Shown here one piece after another: positions 9,865-19,676 of a DNA stretch of 64,000 nt. The notes under the pieces were generated by a model that was given only the letters and a program-made list of their open reading frames with translations, did not search any database and was not told the origin of the DNA. The stretch comes from an uncultured Armatimonadia bacterium (GTDB taxonomy: Bacteria; Armatimonadota; Zipacnadia; CAVVLO01): assembly GCA_963749155.1 (NCBI GenBank), contig CAVVLO010000001.1, forward strand, positions 832,001-896,000. Direction: 5' to 3'. The translations under genes and the position numbers were made by a program. The first letter of the stretch is position 1, and every line of letters begins with the position of its first letter.

Positions 9865-10602
9865 GTGGCGAGTGTCAATCTGGAAGAACTAGGGCTTATG
9901 CCGGAGCGACTGCCGACGCATGTTGCCGTGATAATGGATGGCAATGGGCGCTGGGCTACCGCTCAGGGGCTGCCCCGAGTGGCGGGCCATCTGGCTGGGG
10001 CGGATACCGCCCTGGACATCTCGCGTTTCTGCGGCGACCTGGGCATCAAGCATCTTACTCTTTACGCTTTTTCGACCGAGAACTGGCGCCGGCCCGCCGA
10101 TGAGGTGGAGGCCATCCTGAGGCTCATAAGCTCTCGCCTGCTTGAGCTGCGCGAGGAGTTTCACGCCCAGGAAGCGCGTTTCAAGCATCTCGGCGACCGG
10201 TCCGAGCTACCGGATTTTATGCTCGAAGCTATCGACACCATCGAGGCGGAGACTAATCACCACCGGCGCGTGCAGTTAAACCTGGCCATCAATTATGGGT
10301 CGCGCAGAGAGCTGCTTTGTGCTTGCAAGGAACTTGCGCGCCAGGTGAGGGCTGGTCAGCTCGAGCCAGAGGCAATTGATGAAGAAGTTTTCTCAAGGGC
10401 GCTCTATACCCGCGACATCCCCGATCCGGAACTTATGGTCAGGACAAGTGGCGAGCTTCGAGTAAGTAATTATCTCCTTTGGCAGATCGCCTATAGTGAG
10501 ATCTACGTCAGTGAGGTGTACTGGCCGGATTTCACCAGAGACGAATTCCTGAAAGCCTTGCGTGATTATCAGTCACGCAATCGCAGATTTGGCGGTGTAT
10601 GA
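9865..10602 (+). CDS. uppS: Undecaprenyl/polyprenyl diphosphate synthase (cis-prenyltransferase)
   Basis: HVAVIMDGNGRWA, FSTENWRRP, RTSGELRVSNYLLWQ, RRFGG. Confidence 0.97.
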   Translation: MASVNLEELGLMPERLPTHVAVIMDGNGRWATAQGLPRVAGHLAGADTALDISRFCGDLGIKHLTLYAFSTENWRRPADEVEAILRLISSRLLELREEFHAQEARFKHLGDRSELPDFMLEAIDTIEAETNHHRRVQLNLAINYGSRRELLCACKELARQVRAGQLEPEAIDEEVFSRALYTRDIPDPELMVRTSGELRVSNYLLWQIAYSEIYVSEVYWPDFTRDEFLKALRDYQSRNRRFGGV

Positions 10603-11389
10603 GTTGAGGTTGGCGGCGCGGCTCGTGTTCGGCCTGGCTTTACTAATATTGGTTGCCCTGGACGCGGCCCATCCCGACTGGCTTTTCGCGCTGACTACCT
10701 GCGCGCTGGTGGCGGCAAGTGTAGGGCTGACAAAGTGGATGCTCCCTCCGTTGCAGACTGACGGAGCGTATGAGACCCTTGACTTTTGGACGTTCGCCTT
10801 CGTGGTAAACCTGACTTATTTCGTGGCCTATAATGATTCGACGGCTTCACTACTGGTACTGACTCTCGCCGCTGTTATGTTTGCCTTGACAGTGGTTATC
10901 AGCTTCGGGGGAGCGGTCACGCAGCGCGGTTGGGCAGAAGGCGCGAAGCGCTTTTTCATAACCTTCCTGGCCAGTTTGCTACTGGCTCTACCACTTTCGG
11001 CCTGTACGGTTTTCTTCGCGAGGCCTGGTTTCGGCGCCGTGCTGATGACGGCACTGGTCGTTATGGCTGTAGCCGTGCAGGTTGTCGATCCTGCCCCCAA
11101 CACCATCAAGTTGAAGTCACTGTCACTGGCCACGTGGGCGGTTGCCCTGCTGGCAGGGCTAGTACTGGCTTTTGTCCTGGTCAGGCCCGAATTGATTCCT
11201 TTCATATTAGGCGCTAGTGTTGGCGCCGCCTCGAGTCTGGGGGCTTTCTTCCTGCTAAGGAAATATCTCCATACCGAACTGGATCTTTTTAAGGGAATGC
11301 CCCGCTTGCTCGTCTGGGAGCTTGCGCCTCTGGGCACAGGCACGGTAATCGCGGCAGTGCTGGCGGTGCTGGCTGGCTTCATACTCTGA
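10595..11389 (+). CDS. Polytopic membrane protein in the cdsA slot; CdsA-like but lacking the CTP-transferase signature; start uncertain
   Basis: About 8-9 TM segments between uppS and dxr; no SPxKTxEG or KDxGxxxPGHGGxxDRxD motif. Confidence 0.6.
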   Translation: MYELRLAARLVFGLALLILVALDAAHPDWLFALTTCALVAASVGLTKWMLPPLQTDGAYETLDFWTFAFVVNLTYFVAYNDSTASLLVLTLAAVMFALTVVISFGGAVTQRGWAEGAKRFFITFLASLLLALPLSACTVFFARPGFGAVLMTALVVMAVAVQVVDPAPNTIKLKSLSLATWAVALLAGLVLAFVLVRPELIPFILGASVGAASSLGAFFLLRKYLHTELDLFKGMPRLLVWELAPLGTGTVIAAVLAVLAGFIL

Positions 11390-11405
11390 CGTCGGGAGGA
11401 GCGAA

Positions 11406-12566
11406 ATGAGACTGGCTCTGCTTGGCTCGACGGGTTCGATAGGGCGCCAGGTGCTGGAGTTGGCGGCTGTCCACGAAGCGCGTTTCCCAATCGTGGCGCT
11501 TAGCGCCGGTCACAACGCCGAGTTGCTGCTGGCGCAAGCTTTACGGTTTCGTCCCCCGGTGCTTCATCTGGCCTCTCACGCTGCAGCCGAAAGGCTAAGG
11601 GCGTCCCTTCCCAACGATTATTCGCCGCGCGTGCTGGCCGGCGAAGAAGCCCTGGAAGAGGTGGCAAGCCTGCCCGAGGTTGACTGTGTGGTCGCCGCGG
11701 TCGCAGGTTTTGCCGGGCTGCGGTCGGCGCTTGCGGCGGTAAGGCGAGGCAAGCGGCTCGCTATCGCCAACAAGGAGCCTCTTGTAGCCGCAGGCGAGCT
11801 ACTGATGCGAGAGGCGGCGGCGGCTGGAGCGGAAGTGCTGCCTATCGACAGCGAGCATTCAGCAATCTTCCAGTGCCTGATGGGCGAGTCAACAAACAGT
11901 GTCGCAAAACTATATCTTACGGCCTCAGGGGGCGCTTTCAGGGACAAGACTCGCGCCGAACTTGCCGCTGTCACGCCTGAGCAGGCGCTCGCGCACCCGA
12001 CCTGGAAGATGGGCGCCAAGGTCACCATCGACAGCGCGACCCTCTTCAACAAAGGCCTTGAGGTCATCGAGGCGCACCGGTTGTTTGGTTTCACGGCCGA
12101 CCAGATTCAAGTTGTAATCCATCGCGAAAGCATCGTCCACTCGGCGGTAGAGTTCGTGGATGGCTCTATCAAGGCGCAGCTTTCACTGCCAGATATGCGA
12201 TTCCCCATTCTGCTTGCGTTGAGCTACCCCGAGCGACTGCCCAATCCTTTCCCGCGGCTGGACCTGGCGCAAGCGGGTTCGTTGTCATTTGCTCCGGTCG
12301 AGCTGGAGCGTTTTCCGGCGCTTGGACTGGCCTTCGAGGCGCTGCGCCGGGGAGGCACTGCGCCTGCGGCCATCAGCGCGGCCGATGAGGTGGCAGTCGA
12401 AGCTTTCATCACGGGGCGGATTGGTTTTTTGGTGATCCGCGAGGTGCTGGAAGCGGTACTCGCGAAGCACTCCCTCGTGCAGCAACCCTCGCTAGATGAT
12501 ATACTGCGCGCAGATGAAGAGGCGCGCAGTCTGGCCTGGCAACTGGTAGAAAGCCTGACCCGCTAG
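11406..12566 (+). CDS. dxr: 1-deoxy-D-xylulose-5-phosphate reductoisomerase
   Basis: LGSTGSIG, ANKE, PIDSEHSA, LTASGG, HPTWKMG.K.TIDSA. Confidence 0.98.
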   Translation: MRLALLGSTGSIGRQVLELAAVHEARFPIVALSAGHNAELLLAQALRFRPPVLHLASHAAAERLRASLPNDYSPRVLAGEEALEEVASLPEVDCVVAAVAGFAGLRSALAAVRRGKRLAIANKEPLVAAGELLMREAAAAGAEVLPIDSEHSAIFQCLMGESTNSVAKLYLTASGGAFRDKTRAELAAVTPEQALAHPTWKMGAKVTIDSATLFNKGLEVIEAHRLFGFTADQIQVVIHRESIVHSAVEFVDGSIKAQLSLPDMRFPILLALSYPERLPNPFPRLDLAQAGSLSFAPVELERFPALGLAFEALRRGGTAPAAISAADEVAVEAFITGRIGFLVIREVLEAVLAKHSLVQQPSLDDILRADEEARSLAWQLVESLTR

Positions 12567-12584
12567 CGCGTCAGCGAGGCGTTT

Positions 12585-13676
12585 ATGTTTACAATAACTT
12601 CAATCCTGGGATTACTCGTGCTGCTTGGGCTGGTCGTCTTCTTCCATGAAGCCGGTCACTTTGTCGCGGCCAAATGGGCGCGCATGCGTGTCGATGAGTT
12701 CGCTATGGGCTTCGGCCCCAGCCTGTTCAAATATACCCGGGGCGAGACCGAATACAAGCTCAATATTATCCCCCTCGGCGGCTACGTTAAGATTGCGGGG
12801 ATGGAGCCTGGCGAAGAAGACGTCGAAAACGGTTTCTATACCAAACGCAAGCGTATGCGGCTGATGGCGCTGGTCGCAGGGCCAGCGATGAACTTTGTGC
12901 TTGCGATATTCCTCTTCTGGATTTACGGGGCCACCTATGGCATCCCGACCGAAGCCATCCCAGTAGTTGACAAGGTCTTTCAGGGGAAGGCCGCCCATCA
13001 GGCAGGTATTCAGCCTGGCGATGAGTTGCTCTCGATTGATGGCAGGAAGGTTGCCGATACCGATGATGCAATCCGGATCATTGGAGGCAGCCCGGGTAAG
13101 GCCATCGTAATGACCGTGCAACGCGGCGCCGAGAAGCTGGAGCTGCGGGTTATCCCAGATCCAGAACTTGAACAGACAATAGATGACACCGACCCAGACC
13201 ACATCAAGGTGATAGAGGAAAAGCGCGGCAAGATAGGGATAGTCTTCCAGACCAAGGTCGAGAAGGTTGGCGCGCTGAAGGCTATCGCTTTCGGGTTCGA
13301 ACAGACCTTTATGATTACGATGGCGCTTATCACCTACCTGATAGGTATGGTGATGGGTAAACTGCCTGTCGCTTTCGGCGGGCCGATAATGATAGCCAAC
13401 CAGCTTGGCCAGGACCTGCAGGTGGGGCTTGCCCCTTACCTGTTTGACCTGGCGCTGATAAGCATCAATATCGGGCTGGTGAACCTGCTACCGATACCCC
13501 CTCTCGATGGCAGCCGATTGCTGTTTACGCTGGTGGAGGCCGTCCGGGGCAAGCCCTTGCCGCGCGAAAAGGAAGCTATGGTGCATCTGGTAGGCTTCGT
13601 GCTGCTGATGCTTTTGATGGTATGGATAGTGGTGCAGGACGTGCTGGTGCTGGTTCGAGGCGCGAGCCTGAACTGA
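12585..13676 (+). CDS. rseP: Site-2 zinc metalloprotease (M50) with PDZ domain
   Basis: HEAGH, PLGGYV, NLLPIPPLDG. Confidence 0.95.
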   Translation: MFTITSILGLLVLLGLVVFFHEAGHFVAAKWARMRVDEFAMGFGPSLFKYTRGETEYKLNIIPLGGYVKIAGMEPGEEDVENGFYTKRKRMRLMALVAGPAMNFVLAIFLFWIYGATYGIPTEAIPVVDKVFQGKAAHQAGIQPGDELLSIDGRKVADTDDAIRIIGGSPGKAIVMTVQRGAEKLELRVIPDPELEQTIDDTDPDHIKVIEEKRGKIGIVFQTKVEKVGALKAIAFGFEQTFMITMALITYLIGMVMGKLPVAFGGPIMIANQLGQDLQVGLAPYLFDLALISINIGLVNLLPIPPLDGSRLLFTLVEAVRGKPLPREKEAMVHLVGFVLLMLLMVWIVVQDVLVLVRGASLN

Positions 13677-13686
13677 GGCGACCTGA

Positions 13687-14772
13687 TTGTATACAAGGGA
13701 TAAAACTCGACGGCTCGAAGTAGGCGCGCTTACTCTGGGAGGAGGCGCGCCAGTGCGTGTTCAGACTATGACGAACACGCCAACAAGCGATATCTCGGCA
13801 ACGCTTGCGCAAATCTGCGCAGCTGCGGCGACAGGCTCCGAGCTGGTACGGTTGGCCGTGCCTGATGAAGCGTCGGCAAAGGCACTGCCTGCCCTGATTG
13901 CTGAATCGCCCGTGCCCCTGGTGGCGGACATCCATTACGATCCCGAACTTGCCCTGATGAGCCTTGAGGCGGGCATCGCCAAGCTGAGGCTTAATCCTGG
14001 GACTATCCAGAATAAGGAACGCATCCGCGACATCGTAGCCAGTGCAAAGGAACGAGGCGTGCCCATCCGGGTAGGCGCAAACGCCGGCTCGCTGCCCAGG
14101 ATAATGTTGCTACGTTATGGCGGGCCGACCGCCGAGGCCCTGGCAGAGGCGGCGCTCTCGGAGGCGCGTTATCTGGAAGAACTCGGGTTTGAGGCTATTG
14201 TAGTGTCGGTGAAGGCCTTCGAGGTGCCCAAGACGGTAGAAGCAAGCCGCCTGGTGGCAGCCCAAGGTGACTGGCCCCAGCACCTGGGCATCACCGAGGC
14301 TGGCACAATTTCGACAGGGCTTGTGCGTTCGGCGGCGGGGCTGGGCATACTGCTTGCCGAGGGACTTGGCGACACCGTGCGTATCTCGCTTTCGGGCGAT
14401 CCCCTGCGCGAGGTAGACGCCGCCTGGCAGTTGCTTGCTGCGCTGGAGCTGCGCCAGCGAGGGCCGGTTATTGTTTCCTGCCCGACCTGCGCGCGGGTGA
14501 AGCTGGACGTTGAAGTGCTGGCCGACCGAGTGCGCGAGGCGACTCGCGAGGTGACAGTGCCCCTGCGGCTTGCGGTAATGGGCTGCGAGGTGAATGGCCC
14601 GGGCGAGGCGCGAGAAGCAGACCTGGGCCTTTGTGGTTCGCCGGCAGGTTATATGTTGTTCTCACGGGGAAAGGTTATACGGAAGTTTTCCGATGCCGAC
14701 CCGATTGAAGTTTTTCTTGAAGAACTGCGCAAGCTGATTAAGAGTGGAGAAGCAGACAATGGAGCTGGGTAA
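13687..14772 (+). CDS. ispG: (E)-4-hydroxy-3-methylbut-2-enyl-diphosphate synthase
   Basis: VQTMTN, ADIHY, HLGITEAG, SCPTCAR, MGCEVNGPGEA. Confidence 0.97.
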   Translation: MYTRDKTRRLEVGALTLGGGAPVRVQTMTNTPTSDISATLAQICAAAATGSELVRLAVPDEASAKALPALIAESPVPLVADIHYDPELALMSLEAGIAKLRLNPGTIQNKERIRDIVASAKERGVPIRVGANAGSLPRIMLLRYGGPTAEALAEAALSEARYLEELGFEAIVVSVKAFEVPKTVEASRLVAAQGDWPQHLGITEAGTISTGLVRSAAGLGILLAEGLGDTVRISLSGDPLREVDAAWQLLAALELRQRGPVIVSCPTCARVKLDVEVLADRVREATREVTVPLRLAVMGCEVNGPGEAREADLGLCGSPAGYMLFSRGKVIRKFSDADPIEVFLEELRKLIKSGEADNGAG

Positions 14773-15238
14773 AGCGACCCTGGCCGAGGCAGAAGCCCTC
14801 TGGCAACTTATAAGTGACACAGCGGCAACCAGCAGTGTGCTGCCCCGGACGCTGGAGAACATCTGTGAGAGCTTGCGCGACTTTAGCGTAGCCCGCGAAG
14901 GCGACCGGCTCGTTGGATGTTGCGCCTTGCATCTCGAAAACACGGGCCTTGCCGAGGTGAGGTCGCTCTGCGTGCGGCCCGAGATGCGGGGCACAGGCCT
15001 GGGACGGGAGCTGGTGCTGGCCGTAATGGAAGAAGGCAGGAGGCTTGGCCTTAGTCGCGTCTATGCGTTGACGGCCGTGCCAGGCTTCTTCACCAGACTC
15101 GGTTTTCGTGAAGTGCCCAAGGACACGCTGCCGCATAAGGTATGGCGAGATTGCGTGCTCTGCGACAAATTCCCCAACTGTGATGAGGTCGCGCTGATCT
15201 GTGACCTTGGAGAGGAGCCGAACCAGGATGCGCGCTAG
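14759..15238 (+). CDS. GNAT N-acetyltransferase, short ArgA (N-acetylglutamate synthase)-like
   Basis: LAEVRSL, FF..LGF, LPHKVWRDCxxCxKFPNCDE motif of the short ArgA family. Confidence 0.75.
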   Translation: MELGKATLAEAEALWQLISDTAATSSVLPRTLENICESLRDFSVAREGDRLVGCCALHLENTGLAEVRSLCVRPEMRGTGLGRELVLAVMEEGRRLGLSRVYALTAVPGFFTRLGFREVPKDTLPHKVWRDCVLCDKFPNCDEVALICDLGEEPNQDAR

Positions 15239-16940
15239 TCAGCTCTATATGCCCACGCTCAAGGAAGTGCCCAAAGAGGCCCAGCTTCCCAGTCATGCGT
15301 TGCTCTTGCGCGGAGGCTTTATGCACACCGTCGCCGCGGGCATCTACTCCTTCTTGCCACTGGGCCTGAGGGTAATCCGGAAGGTGGAGGACCTGGTGCG
15401 GCGCGAGATGAACGCCATCGGCGCGCAGGAGTGCCTGATGCCTTTCGTGATGCCCAGTGAGCTTTGGAAGCAGTCGGGCAGATGGGAGAGCTTCGGGCCG
15501 GAGCTTGCCAGGCTCAAGGACCGGGGCGGGCGCGAATACTGCCTGGGGCCGACGCACGAGGAAGCCTTTGTGGACATCGTGCGGGGCAAGGTCACAAGCT
15601 ATAAACAACTACCCTTGAACCTGTATCAGATCCACACCAAATATCGCGATGAACCAAGGCCCCGCGGCGGGCTCATCCGCACGCGCGAGTTCGTGATGAA
15701 AGACGCTTACAGCTTCCACTCGAGCTGGGACTCTCTGGATGCCACTTTCGATGCGGTCTATGGCGCCTATCGGCGTATCTTCGATGCCCTGGATTGGGAC
15801 TACCGAGTGGCTGAAGCAAGCGCCGGCGGCATCGGTGGGAAGGAAACCCGCGAGTTCGTGCTGCGCGCCGAACATGGAGAAGATTTCGTGCTGACCTGCG
15901 AGGGGTGTAGTTATACCGCCAACCAGGAAATTGCCGAACGCAAGGCCACAGGGCGCAAGTGGGAAGGGGGCGAGGCGACCCTTTCCAAGGTGGCAACACC
16001 CGAGCGGCGCACCGTAGAAGAGGTAAGCCTTTTCCTCAAGGTAAAGCCTGCAAGCCTCATCAAGACGCTGCTGTACCATTATCCGGGCGGTTTCGTCGCG
16101 GCCTTGGTGCCGGGCGATGCGGACCTGAACGAGGATAAGCTGAAGAAGGCCCTCGGCACAACCGAACTCCGGATGGCTGAGTCGGAAGAGGTGCGCAAGC
16201 TGACTGGCGCGCCGGTTGGATTTGCCGGGCCGGTGGGGCTGAAGCAGGTCTCGCCGGAATTGAAAATCGTTGCTGACTGGGATATCCACGGAGCAACAGG
16301 CGGCGTTACGGGCGCCAACGAGGCTGATACGCATTATGTAGGCGTCGCAGAGGGCCGAGATTTCCTGGTAGATGCCTGGGCTGACCTGCGCAATGCGCTC
16401 GAGGGTGATGAGTGCCCCCGGTGCGGCGCCGTTATGACGGGCTTCCGCGGCATCGAGGCCGGGCATATCTTCAAGCTGGGGACAATTTACTCGAGCGCCA
16501 TGGACGCAGCTTTCCTCGATGAAGAAGGTAAAGAACAGCCCTTTATAATGGGTTGTTATGGCATCGGAATAACACGAATCGCCGCCGCAGCCATTGAAGC
16601 CTGCCACGATGAGAACGGTATCCTTTGGCCTGCCGTAATCGCGCCTTTCGATGTCGAAGTGTTGCTGCTGGACGTGAAGTCAGAGGAACTTACCGCGGTA
16701 GCGGAGAAACTTACCGAGACGCTTGAGGCTACTGGCCGCGAAGTGCTGATGGACGACCGCGACCTGCGCCCGGGCGCCAAGTTCAAGGACGCGGACCTTA
16801 TCGGTATCCCACATCAGATCGTTGTAGGCAAGCGTTTCCTGGAATCAGGTGAATTCGAAGTCAAAGCCCGTTCGGGCGGCGCGCCCGAGGCGGAACTGCT
16901 GGCTCTTTGTCAGCGCTTCGCAGCCGACTTCGGCAAGTAG
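15228..16940 (+). CDS. proS: Proline-tRNA ligase (bacterial type, with editing domain)
   Basis: LGPTHEE, RDEPRPRGGLIR.REF.MKD.YSF, GHIFKLG, MGCYGIG. Confidence 0.98.
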   Translation: MRASQLYMPTLKEVPKEAQLPSHALLLRGGFMHTVAAGIYSFLPLGLRVIRKVEDLVRREMNAIGAQECLMPFVMPSELWKQSGRWESFGPELARLKDRGGREYCLGPTHEEAFVDIVRGKVTSYKQLPLNLYQIHTKYRDEPRPRGGLIRTREFVMKDAYSFHSSWDSLDATFDAVYGAYRRIFDALDWDYRVAEASAGGIGGKETREFVLRAEHGEDFVLTCEGCSYTANQEIAERKATGRKWEGGEATLSKVATPERRTVEEVSLFLKVKPASLIKTLLYHYPGGFVAALVPGDADLNEDKLKKALGTTELRMAESEEVRKLTGAPVGFAGPVGLKQVSPELKIVADWDIHGATGGVTGANEADTHYVGVAEGRDFLVDAWADLRNALEGDECPRCGAVMTGFRGIEAGHIFKLGTIYSSAMDAAFLDEEGKEQPFIMGCYGIGITRIAAAAIEACHDENGILWPAVIAPFDVEVLLLDVKSEELTAVAEKLTETLEATGREVLMDDRDLRPGAKFKDADLIGIPHQIVVGKRFLESGEFEVKARSGGAPEAELLALCQRFAADFGK

Positions 16941-17027
16941 AGTTTTTGGGCCGGGGGGCTTCAGAAGAGCCTTCCGCCCTGGCAAGCCTGGAGTTGTTCC
17001 ATCCCCTGACCAATCGGAGGCTGGTCT

Positions 17028-18968
17028 ATGCAGCGCAAGCCGTACCGTGCCCTTCTCATCGGCGCTCTGCTTATTCCGCCAGCCTCTTTCGTGGTGGCCT
17101 GGACCGAGCTTGTCGTGATGAGGATGCAACTCGGCATCCTGCAGTTCTCCCCAGCCGCAATCGGGATACTGCTGATTGTTGTCCTCTTCAACTCGCTGCT
17201 CAAACGCTTCGCCAAGCGGTTCGTCCTTCAGGCGCACGAACTGGCCATCATCTATTCGATGGTGCTAATTGGCGTGCTGCTGACCTCGCGCGGATTTATC
17301 GAGAAGGTCATCCCGCCGCTGGTCTCGCTGAATTACTTCGCCACCCCCGAAAACAAGTGGGAAGGGCTTTTCTTCCAGCATATCCCGCAGTGGATGGTCG
17401 TCTTCGATGTAAACGGGGGCATAAAGCAGCAGGTCGGGACAGACTTCTACGAGGGGCTTTTCTACGGCCAGGCTATCCCCTATCTGCAATGGGTGAAACC
17501 GCTCGGCCTGTGGAGCCTGCTGGGGATGAGCATGATCTTTATGTTCATGTTCCTGGCGAACCTCTTCCGCAAGCAGTGGGCCGACAACGAGAAGTTGATG
17601 TTCCCGCTGACGCAGCTGCCCATCGAGATGATGCGCGAAGACACCCTGGGGCCTTTCTTTCGCAACAAGCTGACCTGGATTGGTTTCTCCATCCCGGCCT
17701 TTGTGTTTACGTTGAACGGCCTGCATGGACTGTTCCCGGCGATACCGGAGATACCGCTTCAACACAACTTGAACCAGTATTTCATCTCCTTCCCCTGGAA
17801 TGCGATGAACTGGACTACCATACTCTTCTCGATGGCAGCGATTGGGCTCTCTTACTTCCTGCCAAGCCAGCTCTTGTTCAGCCTGTGGTTCTTCTTTGGC
17901 TTCGTGCGCCTTGAAGAGGTGATTGGGGCGCTTTCGCGGGCTCAGACGGACAATATGCCGCTGTATGGCGTGAGAGAGTTCATTGGGTACCAGCTTGTCG
18001 GCGGTTATGCGGTGCTGACCTTCTACCTGTTCTGGGTCGGCTGGCCGCATTTCAGCCAGGCCATCGCTTCTTTGCGCAACCGAGCGGCTGCTTCGGATGA
18101 GCACGAGATGATAAGTTACCGGGCCTCGATAATCGGCCTGGTGGTTACCTTCTGTTTTTCGGTTGGCTGGATGACTGTGGCGGGGATGAGCCTGTGGGTG
18201 GCTGTCGTCGAGGTAGCAGTTTTCGGCCTGATGGTGGCGCTGATTATGGCCCGAAGCTGCGCCGAGGCCGGTATGGCGATGACGGAGACGACCTTCAGGC
18301 CGATAAATGTCATCGAGATGTTTACCCGGCGCGCCAGCCTTGGGCCTCGCAATATCACAGTGCTGGCCTTTATGGATGCGGTGTTCACGCGCGACCTCAG
18401 AGGCAACCTGTTCAGTACCTTCCTTGACCAACTGCGTATCGCTGACGGGGTGGGGATGAAGCGACGCTGGCTGCTGCCGGCCATCCTGATTGCCGTCCCG
18501 CTGACGCTGGTGGTCGGCTCATGGATCCAGCTCTACCTGCCTTATCGCAACGCGGGCATCAATATGTATACCTATGTCTACCAGGGCAATAACTTGTGGA
18601 CAATTACCGATGCGGCGCCTCACCTCGAGGGGATGATCCGCTACAAGCCGTGGAACCTGCTTTTCTTCGGGGTGGGCATCCTCTTCACGAGCTTCCTGGT
18701 CATAATGAGATCTCGCTTTTGGTGGTGGCCTTTCCACCCGCTGGGCTTCGTGCTGTCGGGAAGCTGGACGGTTATGGTGTTCTGGTTCCCGATCCTGGTG
18801 ACCTGGATAGTGAAGAGCCTCATCCTGAGGTACGGGGGAATGAAGTCCTACAGGCAATGGCGGCCTTTCTTCCTGGGGCTTATCCTGGGCGAGTTCGGGC
18901 TGGCGGTGCTGTGGGCAATATTCGCAGCGATTACAAAACTACCGGCGCCATATTTCCCCTGGCCTTAA
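17028..18968 (+). CDS. Large polytopic membrane protein, DUF6785/DUF6784-like (putative transporter)
   Basis: Many TMs; RKQWxxxEKLxFP, WWPFHPLG, LRYGG, PFFLGLILG motifs; GGAGG SD. Confidence 0.7.
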   Translation: MQRKPYRALLIGALLIPPASFVVAWTELVVMRMQLGILQFSPAAIGILLIVVLFNSLLKRFAKRFVLQAHELAIIYSMVLIGVLLTSRGFIEKVIPPLVSLNYFATPENKWEGLFFQHIPQWMVVFDVNGGIKQQVGTDFYEGLFYGQAIPYLQWVKPLGLWSLLGMSMIFMFMFLANLFRKQWADNEKLMFPLTQLPIEMMREDTLGPFFRNKLTWIGFSIPAFVFTLNGLHGLFPAIPEIPLQHNLNQYFISFPWNAMNWTTILFSMAAIGLSYFLPSQLLFSLWFFFGFVRLEEVIGALSRAQTDNMPLYGVREFIGYQLVGGYAVLTFYLFWVGWPHFSQAIASLRNRAAASDEHEMISYRASIIGLVVTFCFSVGWMTVAGMSLWVAVVEVAVFGLMVALIMARSCAEAGMAMTETTFRPINVIEMFTRRASLGPRNITVLAFMDAVFTRDLRGNLFSTFLDQLRIADGVGMKRRWLLPAILIAVPLTLVVGSWIQLYLPYRNAGINMYTYVYQGNNLWTITDAAPHLEGMIRYKPWNLLFFGVGILFTSFLVIMRSRFWWWPFHPLGFVLSGSWTVMVFWFPILVTWIVKSLILRYGGMKSYRQWRPFFLGLILGEFGLAVLWAIFAAITKLPAPYFPWP

Positions 18969-18982
18969 GGGGCTGTTTTGCA

Positions 18983-19011
18983 TTGACGCCCCGGCGGGGG
19001 AGTGCTAAACT
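18983..19011 (+). promoter_or_regulatory. sigma70 promoter of recR-por (TTGACG-17 nt-TAAACT with extended TG)
   Basis: TTGACG 18983-18988; TGCTAAACT 19003-19011. Confidence 0.65.
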
Positions 19012-19059
19012 TCCGCAGGGCCACGCGGCGACACTGCCCCAAAAGGACTCTGAGCACTG

Positions 19060-19659
19060 GTGCGGAAGTTTGCGCGTCCGCTCGCGCGCCTCATAGAGGA
19101 ACTTGGGAAGCTGCCTGGGGTTGGCCCGAAGACGGCTCAACGTCTTGCGTTTCATTTGGTGGCGTCTCCCAGACCTCAGATTGTGGCCCTCGCAGAAGCT
19201 TTGGTCGCCGCAAAAGATACCTTGCGTAACTGTCCTGTCTGCTTCAACCTGACCGAAGCCGTTCCCTGTGAACTGTGCGATTCGCCAGTGCGCGACAGGA
19301 CGAAACTGTGTGTAGTGGCCAGCCCGCGCGAACTTTTCGCGTTGGAGGCCTCGGGTGGCTTTTCAGGGCTCTACCATGTGCTGGGCGGAGTTATCTCTCC
19401 GCTGGCCGGGATAGGCCCTGATGAACTTACCGTAAGGGAGCTGCTCGAACGCGTCGCCGAAGGCGAAGTGACCGAGGTCATTATCGCTTTGAACCCTGAT
19501 GTCGAAGGGGAAGCGACGGCGCTTTATCTTGCTGATCAGCTGCGTTCCGCCAACGTGCGGGTGACTCGCCTCGCTATGGGGCTGCCTGCCGGAGGAGATC
19601 TGGATTACGCTGATGAGGTAACAATAACCAGGGCGCTCGAAGGGCGCCAGCAACTCTAA
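19060..19659 (+). CDS. recR: Recombination mediator RecR
   Basis: LPGVGPKTAQRLA HhH, C4 zinc finger, Toprim EGEATA, LDYADE. Confidence 0.97.
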   Translation: MRKFARPLARLIEELGKLPGVGPKTAQRLAFHLVASPRPQIVALAEALVAAKDTLRNCPVCFNLTEAVPCELCDSPVRDRTKLCVVASPRELFALEASGGFSGLYHVLGGVISPLAGIGPDELTVRELLERVAEGEVTEVIIALNPDVEGEATALYLADQLRSANVRVTRLAMGLPAGGDLDYADEVTITRALEGRQQL

Positions 19660-19676
19660 TCAAGGAGGCGAGTTCC

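Noticed and set aside
16948..16979. Hairpin after proS as a terminator
   Set aside because: Imperfect stem with the T-run before rather than after it; not convincing on either strand.
16907..17914. 335-aa same-strand overlapping ORF inside the DUF6785-like gene
   Set aside because: No SD or recognisable motif; Arg/Pro/Ala-rich composition typical of off-frame GC-rich sequence.
601..18431. Long antisense ORFs (601..1650, 6610..7617, 15609..16607, 17265..18431)
   Set aside because: They mirror well-supported genes on the other strand; expected shadows of GC-biased codon usage.
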